NCBI GenBank assembly: GCA_038087875.1
Contig: JAXLNO010001532.1
Coordinates: 1-63,510, forward strand
Direction: 5' to 3'
DNA length: 63,510 nt
Source of the DNA: Malacoraja senta
Taxonomy: Eukaryota
In this document: piece by piece, positions 13,088 through 26,400 of the stretch
Numbering within the stretch: position 1 is the stretch's first letter
Layout: each line of letters opens with the position of its first letter
Translations under genes and position numbers: made by a program
Notes under the pieces: model-generated
What the model saw: only the letters and a program-made list of their open reading frames with translations
Databases searched by the model: none
Told to the model about the DNA's origin: nothing

Positions 13088-15332
13088 CAGTACCCTCCAT
13101 AATGTTTGGGACAAAGACCCATCATTTATTTATTTGCCTCTGTACTCCACAATTTGAGATTTGTAATAGAAAACCAAAATCACATGTGGTTAAAATGCAC
13201 ATTGTCAGATTTTAATAAGGCTATTTTTATACATTTTGGTTTCACCATGTAGAAATTACAGCAGTATTTTTCTATAGCCTCCCCATTTCAGGGCACCATA
13301 ATGTTTAGGACACAACAATGTCATGTAAATGAAAGTAATCATGTTTAGTATTTTGTTGCATATCCTATGCATGCAATGACTGCTTGAAGTCTGCAATTCA
13401 TGGACATCACCAGTTGCTGGGTGTCTTCTCTGATGATGCTCAGCCAAGCCTGTATTGCAGCCATCGTTAGCCTATGGTTGTTTTAGAAACATAGAAACAT
13501 AGAAAATAGGTGCAGGAGTAGGCCATTCGGCCCTTCGAGCCTGCACCGCTATTTAATATGACCATGGCTGATCATCCAACTCAGTATCCTGTACCTACCT
13601 TCTCTCCATACCCCCTGATCCCTTTAGCCACAAGGACCACATCTAACTCCCTCTTAAATATAGCCAATGAACTGGCCTCAACGACCTTCTGTGGCAGAGA
13701 ATTCCAGAGATTCACCACTCTCTGTGTGACATTTTTTTTTCTCATCTCGGTCATAAAAGATTTCCCCTTTATCCTTAAACTGTGACCCCTTGTCCTGGAC
13801 TTCCCCAACATCGGGAACAATCTTCCTGCATCTAGCCTGTCCAACCTCTTAAGAATTTTGTAAGTTTCTATAAGATCCCCCCTCAATCTTCTAAATTCTA
13901 GCGAGTACAAGCCGAGTCTATCCAGTCTTTCTTCATATGAAAGTCCTGACATCCCAGGAATCAGTCTGGTGAACCTTTTCTGTACTCCCTCTATGGCAAG
14001 AATGTCTTTCCTCAGATTTGGAGACCAAAACTGTACGCAATACTCCAGGTGTGGTCTCACCAAGACCCTGTACAACTGCAGTAGAACCTCCCTGCTCCTA
14101 TACTCAAATCCATTTGCTATGATCCTTTTGGGGGATAGTCCCCTTCAGTTTTCTCTTTAGCATATAAAAGGCATGCTCAATTGGGTTCAGAACGGGTATT
14201 GACTTGGCCACAAGAATTTACCATTTTTTAGCTTTGAAAAACTCCTTTGGTGCTTTTGTATGTTTGGGATCATTGTCTTGCTGTAGAATGAACCGCCGGC
14301 CAATGAGTTTTGAGGCATTTGTTTGAACTTGAGCAGTTAGGATGTGTCTATACACTTCAGAATTCATCATGCTACTACCATCAGCAGTTGTATCATCGTT
14401 GAAGATAAGTGAGCCATAACTTCAGCAGCCATACATGCCCAGGCCATAACACCCCCACCACCATGTTTCACAGATGAGGTGGTATGCTTTGGATCTTGGG
14501 CAGTTCCTTCTCTCCTCCATACTTTGCTCTTGTCATCACTCTGATATAAGTTAATCTTCATCTCATCTGTCCACAAAACCTTTTTCCAGAACTGTGGTTG
14601 CTCTTTTAAGCACTTCTTTTTGTCAAACTGCAACCTGGCCATCCTATTTTTACGGCTAACCAATGTTTTGCATCTTGCAGTGTAGCCTCTGTATTTCTGT
14701 TTATGAAGTCTTCAGCGGACAGTGGACATTGATAAATCCACACCTGACTCCTGAAGAGTGTTTCGGATCTGTCGGACAGATTTTTCTTAACTATAGAGAG
14801 AATTTACTATAGAGAGAATCATCAGCTGTGGAGGTCTTCCTTGGCCTGCCAGTCCTTTTGCGATTAGTAAGCTCTTTCTTAATGATATTCAAAACAATTT
14901 TATTCTTGTTTATCAGTCTCATAATGGCTTCTTTGACTTTCATTGGCACAGCTTTGGTCCTCATGTTGATAAACAGCAATAAAAGTTTATTGCTGTTTAT
15001 CAAGGATGTGATGGAAAGACTGGAGGAAAGACTAGGTGCTGAGAGCTCCCTTATACCTGCATTAAGGAGGCATTTAAACACATCTGGGCAATTACAAACA
15101 CCTGTGAAGCCATGTGTCCCAAACATTATGGTGCCCTGAAATTTGGGGACTATGCATAAACATATTTCTGTAACATGGTGAAACCAAAATGTATAAAAAT
15201 GGCCTTTAATAAAATCTGACAATATGCACTTTAACCACATGTGATTTTTTCTATTACAAATCTCAAATTGTGGAGTACAGAGGCAAATAAATAAATGATG
15301 GGTCTTTGTCCCAATCATTATGGAGGGTACTG
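13088..15332 (-). mobile_element. Tc1-like DNA transposon (decayed), interrupted by CR1
   Basis: Long TIRs (about 230 bp) CAGTACCCTCCATAATG...CATTATGGAGGGTACTG, TA on the right; transposase remnants MRTKAVPMKVKEAI, TGRPRKT, WKKVLWTDE, SVKHGGGGVMAWACM. Confidence 0.9.
13485..14121 (-). mobile_element. CR1 3' fragment nested in Tc1
   Basis: ORF 13581..14075 and ctatgttt tail. Confidence 0.9.
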
Positions 15333-17695
15333 TACATGCCACTTTTGTATCTACCTCCACCACCACCATTGGCAGCTTGTACCAGGCACCCACCACTGTG
15401 TTAAAAAAAGTCACCCCTCACACCTCCTTTTAACTTTGCCACTTTCATCTTAAAGCTATGCTTTCTAGTCTGATATTTTCATTCTGGGTACAAAGGTTCT
15501 GTCTACCCTATCTATGCCCCTCATAATTTTATGTACTTCTCTGCATCCATCAGCATTTGCTGTTTTTATCATTATCCCAATCGCTAATCTATAAAGCCCT
15601 GTAAAAATGTTGAATGTTTCTGTGAGATTATCTCTCGCTGATGAACAGTCTGGAGAGTAAATGGATGCAGAGATCAAAGCCGTAATAACTTAATGAAATA
15701 CCATGTATTTCTATAGCAATTCGTAGAACAGTACAGCTCAAGAATAGGTCCTTCAGCCCACAATGCATGTGCTGAACATGATGCCAAGACCAACTCTTAT
15801 CTGCCTGAACGTAATCCATATCCCTCCAATTCCTGCATATCCTTTGCCAATCCTAAAGTTTCTTAAATGTCACTTTCATATCTGCCTCAATGCGTTCCAG
15901 GAACTCATTACACTCCATGTAAAACAAATCTTGCCCCGCACGGCTCCTTTAAACTTTGCCCGTGTGATCTCAGGACCATGGTTGTAAAGTGCTTTATACT
16001 GCAGTGTACGAGTGCAAATACACTCATTGTTTGTGCACAGCAAGACCCCACAATTGTAATCAGTGATTTGACATTTTGGTGATGCTGAATGAAGGATTGT
16101 TATTTGGCACAATGCTTGGGAGTGAGAATATGTAGAATTGGGGATACTTTAGGACTAAGGTTTAAGTATTCTGAGTTAAGTTTTAATTTCTTTATTTTGA
16201 CATCATTTAGTTAAGTTTCATTATCCTTGCTGTGACATAATTTTTCCTGGAAAACATGTGATGTTTATGTGATATTTAATGCTATTGTAATTGGATAAGA
16301 TGTATTATGCTGTGCATGATTGTAATTGGGTCAAAAGATTGTCCCGACCTTTATAACCATGTGATACTGTAGTTATTGATCTAGATTCACCACCCTTTGT
16401 AAGTTATCTCCTACTGTATCAACCATATATATATGCTAATTCCTTTGTTTGAGCACATGTGTTACTCCATGATCCACTGGGAGAGCTTCCCAGGGCAGTA
16501 CAGAGAAACCTGGCCACCATGGTGAAATAAAGGATGATTTAAAGTATTCTAGTCAGTGTTTTCACTGAACGGACTAAGGGATATACATACCGGAATTATC
16601 ATTTGGGGGTGTCATTCGCGATCTCAGAGGAGGCCCTTGCAGGTTTGCGGTAAAAGGGTTGTGTGTTGGGTCAGGGAATCTAGGAATTGGGCCCCCAATG
16701 AGTGATTTTACTCCATCGGTTTTCCTCTGATTCGCTGATCCAGCTGCTCGGCAATTCGCTGGCCTTCGAGAGGCTTCCCGAAGAGACTGAGGTTAGTAGT
16801 CCGGAGAATACTGATATTGGGTCAGTTATATTGATAAAAGGGTTTAACTGAGGGAACATTTCAGTATTGAGGTAACTGGAAATACGTTTCGGGCTGACGT
16901 AATAATTTGACAAATTACTTTAAAATCAGCTTTGAGGTAGAAAGTCAGGATAAGTTGATAAATTACTTTGAGAGCCTGTACTGTGTAAAAGGTTGGGAAG
17001 GGGTTTCGGGCTGAAGTAAAAATTGACATATTAGTTCACCGCTGAGGTGGGAAGGGGTGTCTGTGGTATTTCAGGACTGTGATCAAAAAAGTTCTGCTCG
17101 AAATTCTGTTGTCAAAGTGTTTTATTGAATGTTTTTGTTTAAGTTTGTGTGGTTTAATTTTGTATATAGTGACTTATTTTTGCTTAAGTTTGCTTATATT
17201 CTTGCTTAAATTTGCTTATGCTTTCGTTTAAGTTTGTATAATTTTGCTTTAAAATTGAAGTAGTAAGGAGGATATCACATTTTTCTGATAACAGCATTCT
17301 TCTGCTGATAATAATTCTGCTCGGTCCAGTGCTTTCACAAAGCGCTACTCAGATTCTTCAGATTTACTATTGAAATCAAATACTTTCTTCATTGTTAACT
17401 TTTGTCGTTCTAAAATACTCCGAGTTTTGTGGAGGGGTATTGTGGAATTTATTTTATTGTGGAATTTATTTTGATGTATAAATTTTGTGTTGTGGGATTC
17501 TAATTGTTTTGTGTGAAATTTTTGGCCAAAATGAATCACAAGTCATGAAAGAGCAAATTGCTATTGCATTGCTTGCTGAGATACTTCACAAGATCATGTG
17601 GCTTGTATTTCTCTCAGACAGGCTTTCTCTAGTGGAGCAGATAAGAGAACCCCGGGAAGGGTATAACCTGCAGAAAAGGGAGAACCTCCTTACCC

Positions 17696-18400
17696 ATGGG
17701 TCCCTTTGAGACCCACCAGATGGACTACATTGAGTTGGAAAGATGTCAGTGTTATAAATATGTATTGGTTATTGTAGATGTCTTCAGAAAATGGATTGAA
17801 GCTTATCCTACCGTGGCCAACAAAGCTTCTACGGTTGTTAAAGTACTTATGAAAGAAATTATATCCAGGTATGGAATCCCAACTGGGCTGAATTCGGATA
17901 ATGGCCCTCATTTTGTGGGAAAGGTGACCAAAGAATTCTGTGTTCAGATGGGCATCCAACAGTAATTACATTGTGCCTATCGGCCATAGGCTGCTGGACT
18001 CGTTGAACGAGCCAATCAAACATTGAAAAATAAACTTGCCAAATTAGATTGAAACAGGGGCCAATTGGCTTAAACTACTCCCTGTGGCGCTATTCCGGAT
18101 GTGTACCACCCCTGCAGGGAAGGCTCGGTTGAGTCCAGCAGAGATTGTATATGGCCGTCCACTAAGAACACCATGGAACCAGAATACTCCGAAGGCTGTT
18201 CACTTTCATCACATGACAATGGAAATGACTAACTATATTTTATCATTAACCAGGGCATTGAGAGATCTACACTAGAACCACTCCGTCTAAAATTGCACCT
18301 GGTACTTATGTAATTATCAGGAATTGGACGAGGAAGAGACTGGACATTCAGTGTGAAGGGCATTACCAGGTCCTTCTAACAACCCTTACCGCAGCCACTT
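17696..18400 (+). pseudogene. Retroviral integrase remnant
   Basis: GPFETHQMDYI...VDVFRKWIEAYP...IISRYGIP..LNSDNGPHF...GLVERANQTLK (DDE core) with in-frame stops. Confidence 0.9.
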
Positions 18401-18491
18401 TCGCCACTGTAAGATTGTCAGTATGGTGCCTAAGACATAAAACGCTAAGCTTTTCTTTCTTTTAAGAAATCCCTTTCTAGGATAAATCACA

Positions 18492-19500
18492 ATGGACATA
18501 CCACTGTTGTTCGCCTATCTTGGGACATTGATAGCCATCGGGTCTGCAAAAAACAGAGTATGCTGATGTAATCTATCACCTATGTGAAGGAGATGCACTG
18601 CAATGTGATGGCGATAGCAAGGATGGAGAATCATAATTATGGAGTATTGCCATGTTACCATGCTCCTTGTAGATTTGATTATGCCTGTCAAAAGGAGGGA
18701 GTAAAAGTCCTTGTGCCTATTTAGATGAAGGGATTACAAGTAATATTAGCAGATGAGACAAAGCTGGGTGGCAGTGAGAACTGTGAGGAGGATGCTATGA
18801 GAATGCAGGGGGACTTGGATAGGTTGGGTGAATGAGCAGATGCATGGCAGATACAGTATAATGTAGATAAATGTGAGGTTATTCACTTTGGTGGCAAGAA
18901 CAGGAAGGCAGATTATTATCTGAATGGTGTCAGATTGGGAAAAGGGGAGGTGCAACGAGACCTGGGTGTGCTTGTACATCAGTCACTGAAAGTAAGCATG
19001 CAGGTACAGCAGGCAATAAAGAAAGCTAGTGGCATGTTGGCCTTAATTGTGAGAGGATTTGAGTTTAGGAGCAATGAGATCCTTCTGCAGTTTTACAGGG
19101 ACCTGGTGAGACCACACCTGGAATATTGTGTGCAGTTTTGGAGAGATGGACTTGGAGTTTGGAAGGATGAGAGGGAATCTTATTGAAACGTATAGGATTG
19201 TTAAGGGTTTAGACACGTTAGAAGCAGGAACGGGGTACTGATTGTGGATGATTAGCTATGATGACATTTAATGGCGGTGCAAATAAGAGAACAGTTGGAT
19301 AACATGAAGGAAGCAAGTGACTGGGGCAATTGGGGCTTCGGAAGCTGGTCAGACTGGCTAATCAACATGGCTATCACCTAGCTATTGCGATTATTTGTAT
19401 TTTTGTAGGATTAGCAGTTGTAAAATGTGTATTGGGGAGGACGCAGACAGCACTGGAAGCAAAGGTGCTCCGAGAATGTTATTGGTGAGACAGGATGAAG
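18492..19500 (+). pseudogene. env-like remnant, split by a CR1 fragment (about 18716-19280)
   Basis: Signal-peptide-like MDIPLLFAYLGTLIAIGSA after a polypyrimidine/AG acceptor (18480); Trp-rich DWGNWGFGSWSDWL then hydrophobic LAIAIICIFVGLAVVKC upstream of the PPT. Confidence 0.6.
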
Positions 19501-20187
19501 TATGTGATGAAGCAAAGACTGAGTATGTTGATAAGGTGAAGGACGAGTTTGAATGACTGGGAAGGATAGATATAGGTAGGAACATGGGGAGTTATCATGG
19601 AATGATAAAAGGGAGGAATGAGAATATGTAGAATTGGATATACTTTAGGACTAAGGTTTAAGTATTCTGAGTTAAGTTTTATTTTCTTTATTTTGAAATC
19701 ATTTAGTTAAGTTTCATTATCCTTGCTGTGACATAATTTTTCCTGGAAAATATGTGATGTTCATGTGATGTTTAATGCTATTGTAATTGGCTAAGATGTA
19801 TTATGCTGTGCATGATTGTAATTGGGTAGAAAGATTGTCCCGACCTGTATAACCATGCGATACTGTAGTTATTGGTCTAGAATCACCATCCTTTGTATGT
19901 TACCTCCCACTGTATCAACCATATATATATATATTAATTCCTTTGTTTGAGCACATGTGTTTCTCCATGATCCACTGGGAGAGCTTTCCAGGGCGGCACA
20001 GAGACACCTGGTCACCATGGTGAAATAAAGGATGATTTAAAGTATTCTTGTCTGTGTTTTCACTGAACGGACTAAAGGATATAAATATCGGAATTATCAG
20101 GAGAAGTTCCCTTTCCTTCTTCAATCGGTATAAACCTTTAAACCTAGAACTGTACAGCATAGGAACAGGCCCTTTCATTCAAAATTA

Positions 20188-20193
20188 TTTATT
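20188..20193 (-). terminator. Candidate RIOK1 polyadenylation signal AATAAA
   Basis: tttatt on + strand, about 125 nt after the stop codon. Confidence 0.55.
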
Positions 20194-20316
20194 ATTTTAA
20201 ACTTTACAATCTCCTTGGACAGATGAGCCAAGTTATGGGAATTCCTCATTTCATAATCTTGTGATGGCTGTCAATGAACAAACACCAGCTGACTCAAAAC
20301 ACAGTCGTTCAAACAT

Positions 20317-20430
20317 CTAAGACCTCCCTTTCTTCATTTTAGCAACCTTTTCTTTTCTTTTCTTGACATGTTTAGGCACTTTGTTTTTTCGTTTTTCTCG
20401 CTGGGCTTCTTTAACAAATCGTTTTTTATC
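20317..20430 (-). CDS. RIOK1: RIOK1 exon 17 (last coding exon)
   Basis: [37 protein letters not shown] then TAG; conserved basic C-terminus. Confidence 0.94.
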   Translation of the reverse strand, partial: DKKRFVKEAQREKRKNKVPKHVKKRKEKVAKMKKGRS

Positions 20431-23400
20431 CTAAGGACAAACAAAGAGCATTGTTCAGAGACCTAATAAGCATCAATGACAATATTATTTTTCATTTTAT
20501 ATAGCTTGCCAATTAATTACATTAATTCTGTCCGCAGTGCAAATAATGCAATTAACAATTATAACTATGGAAGCAATTTATGCAAGAATTTAAGTTCACT
20601 GCCAAAAAACACTGTGCGCACATTGTAGCTCCAAATACATTTTCCTCCCTATCAAAATAAACACAAGTGATGTGTCGGAAGGAACTGCAGATGTTGGTTT
20701 ACACCAAAGATGGACACAAAATGCTGGAGTAACTCAGCGGGACAGCCAGCATCATGTCTGGAGAGAAGGAATGGGTGACGTTTTGCGTCCCATTCTTCAG
20801 AGGTGATTGAAGACTATTTAATAAACTTTGAATGCAGACAAAGAGAAGTAATCACGTCCATCAGTCAGTGATGCAACCTCATATTTCAACTACCCTTCCC
20901 TAACAACACACACACACACACGCAACACCCTCCAGCCTGATCCTGATGCAACATCACAAGTTTTTTTGTCCTTGGATAGATAGAGGGAATGTTTTGGCAC
21001 AATCCATTATACTCTGGTCACTTTTGTTTCCTGTGAAAATCCCCCACTACTTTCTCCCATTTGGCATTTAGTCTCCTTGAACATATCCTGCCTTAAAAAA
21101 CGTTTGAAAGCTGCATTTAATCTTCACTCATCAGTCACAGAGTATTATAAATACTGAATATATGTTCAAGTTTTCTAATTTATTAAATTGTAGCAATTCA
21201 TTTTACACAGAGGCACTACAAAGTGCTTAACTTTTAAAATGATCATACAGAATTGCATTATTAATTGCTAGAAAAAATAGGTTTGACCTTTGTGAACTAA
21301 CCTTTCTGTTAGTTTCATCTTCCTCAACGTGTTTTTTAGGATGGTTCTTTTCTCCTTCTTCAGAATTAAGCTCCGAATCAGAGTCATCTTGTTCAGAATT
21401 AGATTTTTCATCACTTTCTTCTGAATTCTCAAGAAGAGCAGGTACCTGATACAAATAATTAATTAAATTATGGATTAATGAACAATAACCTGCCATCCAA
21501 AATGCATTAAATAAATTAAAAAGTAGATCAACAATCACTGAGAGATTCATTATCAAGTGTTAAAGCATCATTCAAATACGGAAACAAAATTAGTTTTAAA
21601 CCACTGTAAAACACAACATCTTCCATCACTTGTGTAGGAAGGATCTGCAAATGCTGGTTTAAACCAAAGATAGACACAAAATGCTGGAGTAACACAGCGG
21701 GACAGGCGACATCTCTGGAGAGAAGGAATGCCTGTCCCGCTGAGTTACTCCAGCATTTTGTGTCTACCTTCCATCACTTCCTGTTTAATCTCAAACCACC
21801 TATTTCATATATTCTCAAGTAGCTTGACTTGTTGAATTGCTCAATTTGCCTTGATTTATGTAATGGCCTTGTTCAAAAGTAGGCCCTCATCTTCTAAAAA
21901 AGTTCATTTTATTTCTCTTTGTTTTCATCTTAATGTTTTTGTTTTTAAGTTTACACCCGATTCCAGGTCCTCAAGAAAGGAATACTGGATATACGGAACT
22001 CTTCACATTTGAACAAATTTTCCAAAACAGAACCACAAATCTTACCCGTTGTACACCCGTCAAGTCCTTCTTCATTCCTGTCACTGTTTGGTACAGAATC
22101 TAAGCAAAACCACAAATCAGACTGGTTGAAATATGTTATTTTATAACATGCAAAAATTGCTATTCAATGGCATATTTAGAAAAGGCAGAAATATAATTTT
22201 GCTGCTGTATGTTATAAACATTTTAATTGTTAAGCATCTCAAAGACTCGATATGCATTAAATAATTTATAATGAGTGCATTTGGCTCTTTTATTTCCCCC
22301 CCCCTCAGGTAGTCCTTGGGGTCAAGGACAACTTGCATCTATTCCATTTTTGTGAGCACCAAGGTGTCGAATGAGCCCCATGCGCCTTCTAGGAGGAATA
22401 ATGAGCCCCATGCGCCTTCTAGGAGGAATAGGTGGGGCAGGTGGGTGGGTAGTTGGATTGTGTGCTCTTTTAGTTTATTCCACGTAGCCTCTGGGGTCAT
22501 TTTGTAGAGACAGTAGTTTCTCATCGTCTTCCCAATTGCTGCTTCTCCATTTTGAATCTTTGGGAGTGAGGAATTCGTATTGGTCAGAAGGATGTGAATT
22601 TTTAGACAGAAAGGCTTGGAGAATAAACTTAAATCCTTCCTTTGTGCTCATGGGAAAACATTTTATGTGACTGATATCAGAGTTGAGCGCGTGTTTTGGA
22701 AATCTGATGTCAGGCATTCAGATGATGTAGCCTGCTAACTACAGAGCCTTAAGGCAGGGATATTGCCCCCAAAGAGGACATTGCGATTACTTCATCTCTC
22801 TTAACAATGGATTTTATGGATATTTTGGAGGCAGAGATGTACCTCTCCAGCGCTCCGAAGTATCCACTATAGGCTGTCGATGTCTCTGAAACAAAGTCGG
22901 GTAAAACATCACTGCTGCTCAGTAGACCGTGAGCTTTGCACTGATGTTCATGAGAGAGGTGGCTCACACAATATGGGAAAAGAAATGAAGGGGGTTCTAG
23001 GTAAGGTACATGTTAGTTGCATCAATCTTGAATAGTTAACACTGATTAGAAAAGGGAACCAAATGTATTTGTTAACCCATGAAATGAATGTATTAATACT
23101 GGCAACACTGATAAATTATATTTAAATTATACCAGAAATGAAATAAAGACTGGGTTATGCTGATAGGATTGAAGGAGAAATGTAAAGGAGGACAATCAGT
23201 AAAATTAAATGCATTGTTTATAATAGTTTATTTTCCTTTGAAGGAATGTTAACATATTTTTGCAGTTAATTGTACTGGGTCTGAAAGTTGCTCAATTGAA
23301 TTATTGCTCATTATACTGTTAATCACTCATATTTGCATAAACTAAACCTAACATTTGCATCTGTCTTTAGCATTAAACGTGGATAAATTTGTACCATTGA

Positions 23401-26400
23401 AGTGATTACAAAACCAGATCTGTTCGTGAAATCTGCAACTATCACCATTGTAAAGCAGCCGGAGTTCGTGACAGCAACTTATGGTTTTCTGCCTTTTGGA
23501 GTCAATTGTCGTATGTATCAGAAATAGAATAAAGCAATTCTTACTTGCTGCAGCTTTACAAGCCTATTAGCTCAATAGCACGCAGATATACAATGATCAA
23601 CAATACATAAATAAATAAATAATCAGCCAGTAATACCAGTTAACCAGACTGGACTATTTACAGAATTGTGTATAACCAAAATACGTCGTGTAACCTAAAA
23701 CAAAGTCTACAGTATATTGTTGCAGAGGTAGGTTTGTTATTAGTGTTGTGCAATGTGGTTCAAGAGCTTAATAGTTTCTGGAAAGAAGCCATTTTGAATC
23801 TGGAGGTCAGAGTTCTAAGACTCCTGTACCTTCTTCCTGATGGTTGTAATGAAATGAAAACGAGACCAGGGTGGCGTGGGTAATTAATTATATTGACTGT
23901 CTTTTTGAGACAGCACCTCCAATAGTTCCGTGTGATGGTGGAGGGGGGCAGGGGAGGGGGAATATTCATGATGGGTCAAGCAAGGTCAACCACTCTGCAG
24001 CCTCCTCTCTTGGGCATTCGAGTTACCGAGCCAGGCCATAATACAATGAGTATGATCTCTACTACTGCACAACTGTACAGGTTCAATAGAGTATTCGGTG
24101 ACATATCGGATCTCCTCAATCTTCTAAGAAAGTAGAGGCGTTGCTTTATTGCATCAATGTGCTAAGGAGATCATCGGTGATATGCACGCTCAGGAACGTG
24201 AAGCTATTGACTCTTTCCAGAGATGCAGATACCAGAAGAGCCTGTTAGATATATCCTATAACAGTGGTGACTTCTAATTGCTTTGTTATTTTTAATATCA
24301 AAATAAAGTTTAGTGTATTGGTATTCACAGCTAAGCAAAGTGTCAGTGTTCAGCTGAATTATAATTTTTAACTGAAAGAATTGCTGCTTTGGGGAATTAT
24401 TAAAAATTATTGTACAGATTTTCAGAAATTCTATAAAATGAGGCAAATGTCTTGCTGGAGATTATCCTTTCAATAAGCAGTAAAACAACAATATCTTCAT
24501 ACAATAGATTTTTTTTCTAAAGCAGATCACAAAGACTATCACTTACATTGTCATGCTGTCTATCTAAAATATTCTCCTCCTTAAACTTTGTCATGATATC
24601 AACATCTCGTTCATAATCTTTCACTTCATTTAGCGTCCTGGGAATGTAGGCCCTTTTGAACACCTAAAGAGAGAAAAACAAATGAAACCAACAATCATTT
24701 TTGCCTCACCTTCCACATCAGCCGTCGCATACAACATATAATCCTCCGACATTTTCGCCACCTCCAACGGGATCCCACCGCTGGCCACATCTTCACATCT
24801 CCTCCCCTTTCTGCATTCCGCAGAGACCGTTTCCTCCGTAACTCCCTTGTCAATTTGTCCCTTCCCACCCAAACCACCCCCTCCCCATGTACTTTCCCTT
24901 ACAACCGCAGGAAATGCTACACATGTCGCTTTACCTCCACTCTCGACCCCATCCAACGACCCAAGCAGTCTTTACAGGTGAGGCAGAGATTCACTAGTAC
25001 CTCCTCCAACCTCATCTATTGCATCCGCTGTTCTAGGTGTCAACTGCTCTACATCGGTGAGACCAAGCGCAGGCTTAGCGATCGCTTCGCCCAACACCTC
25101 TGCTCAGTTCGCAATAACCAACCTGATCTCCCGGTGGCTCAGCACTTCAACTCCCCCGCCCATTCCGAACCCGACCTTTCTGTCCTGGGCCTCCTCCATG
25201 GCCAGAGTGAGTCCCATCGCAAATTGGAGGAACAGCACTTCATATTTTGCTTGGGTAGTTTACACCCCAGCGGTATGAACATTGACCTCTCCAATTTCAG
25301 GTAGTCCTTGTTTTCTCCCTCCTTCTCTCTCCCCTTCCCAGCTCTCCCACAGCCTACTGTCTTCACCTCTTCCTTTCTTTTTCCCACCCTCCCCCCCCGA
25401 CATCAGTCTGAAGAAGGGTCTCGACCCGAAACGTCGCCTATTCCTTCGCTCCATAGATGCTGCCTCACCTGCTGAGTTTCTCCAGCTTTTTTGTCTACCT
25501 GCAACTTTTATATATAATCAGTAACACTGAACAGCACACTAATATGTATAACATAAATATATAGAAGTAGATAATATGCTCAAGGCAAAACTGCAACAGA
25601 AATACATCTGGAGAGCTTAGGAAGGTGAAAATACAATCAAATTCCACGACAAGATACACACCTCTTCATCTACTTTGTCTTGGTTGGATCGTTCCTCCTC
25701 TGTTCTATTTGCAGATAATTCCATTGCCTAATAACATAAGTAAAGCATCAGTTCTGTTAGACACACAACAAACAAGCAATTTCCTTCATTGCATATTTGT
25801 TTATGATGATAAATGATTATTTTGCAATACTCTTGTTCATTAAAGTTATTTGCAACAGAGGAGATTTCACACCAATTATCAAAAAGCTGAACACTTTTAA
25901 TCAATCGTACTTCTTTGGAAAGAGTCACAAGTAATTATAAATAATCCAAGAGCCACAAGGCTAAAAAATGCATTGACCAGAAAAGATAGTATTAGGAAAG
26001 ATGTGCAAATATAAAGACCTTAGGATTCACGTAGAAACCAAGTTAATAAATAAATGGCTTTATAACACGAGGCATGTAATACAAAGATACTATCCTGAAA
26101 GTCTTTAATAAATCATAGATTAAACACTTTGGTTATCAATATATAATTAAACCAATTATTTCAATTCAGGGAATGGCATGATATAAAAGACCCGTGAGAA
26201 TTTTAACGAGCCAGAAAAAAATTATTTGAATGAACCTAGGCACAAACAAATTTCAGATATTTACGAAGATATTAGTAAAATACTGGTGGGCAAAGTTAAC
26301 CCATAATGGGGCTATTCAAAAAGATGAGGAGTTTTGATAGGAAAATCCATTTAAATTGGCAGTAAGCAGTGGAGAATAATGGACGAAGGGTTCATGTCTT

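Larger units (their letters stand above)
16123..20099 (+). mobile_element. Endogenous retrovirus (class I, gamma/epsilon-like), deleted provirus
   Basis: LTRs 16123-16601 and 19619-20099 (TG...CA); 4-bp TSD GGAG; degenerate TGGGGG PBS; PPT AAAAGGGAGGAA; integrase and env-like remnants. Confidence 0.9.

Noticed and set aside
14791-15414. 207-aa ORF as a host gene
   Set aside because: Chance read-through across a CR1 piece, the Tc1 TIR and the transposase N-terminus.
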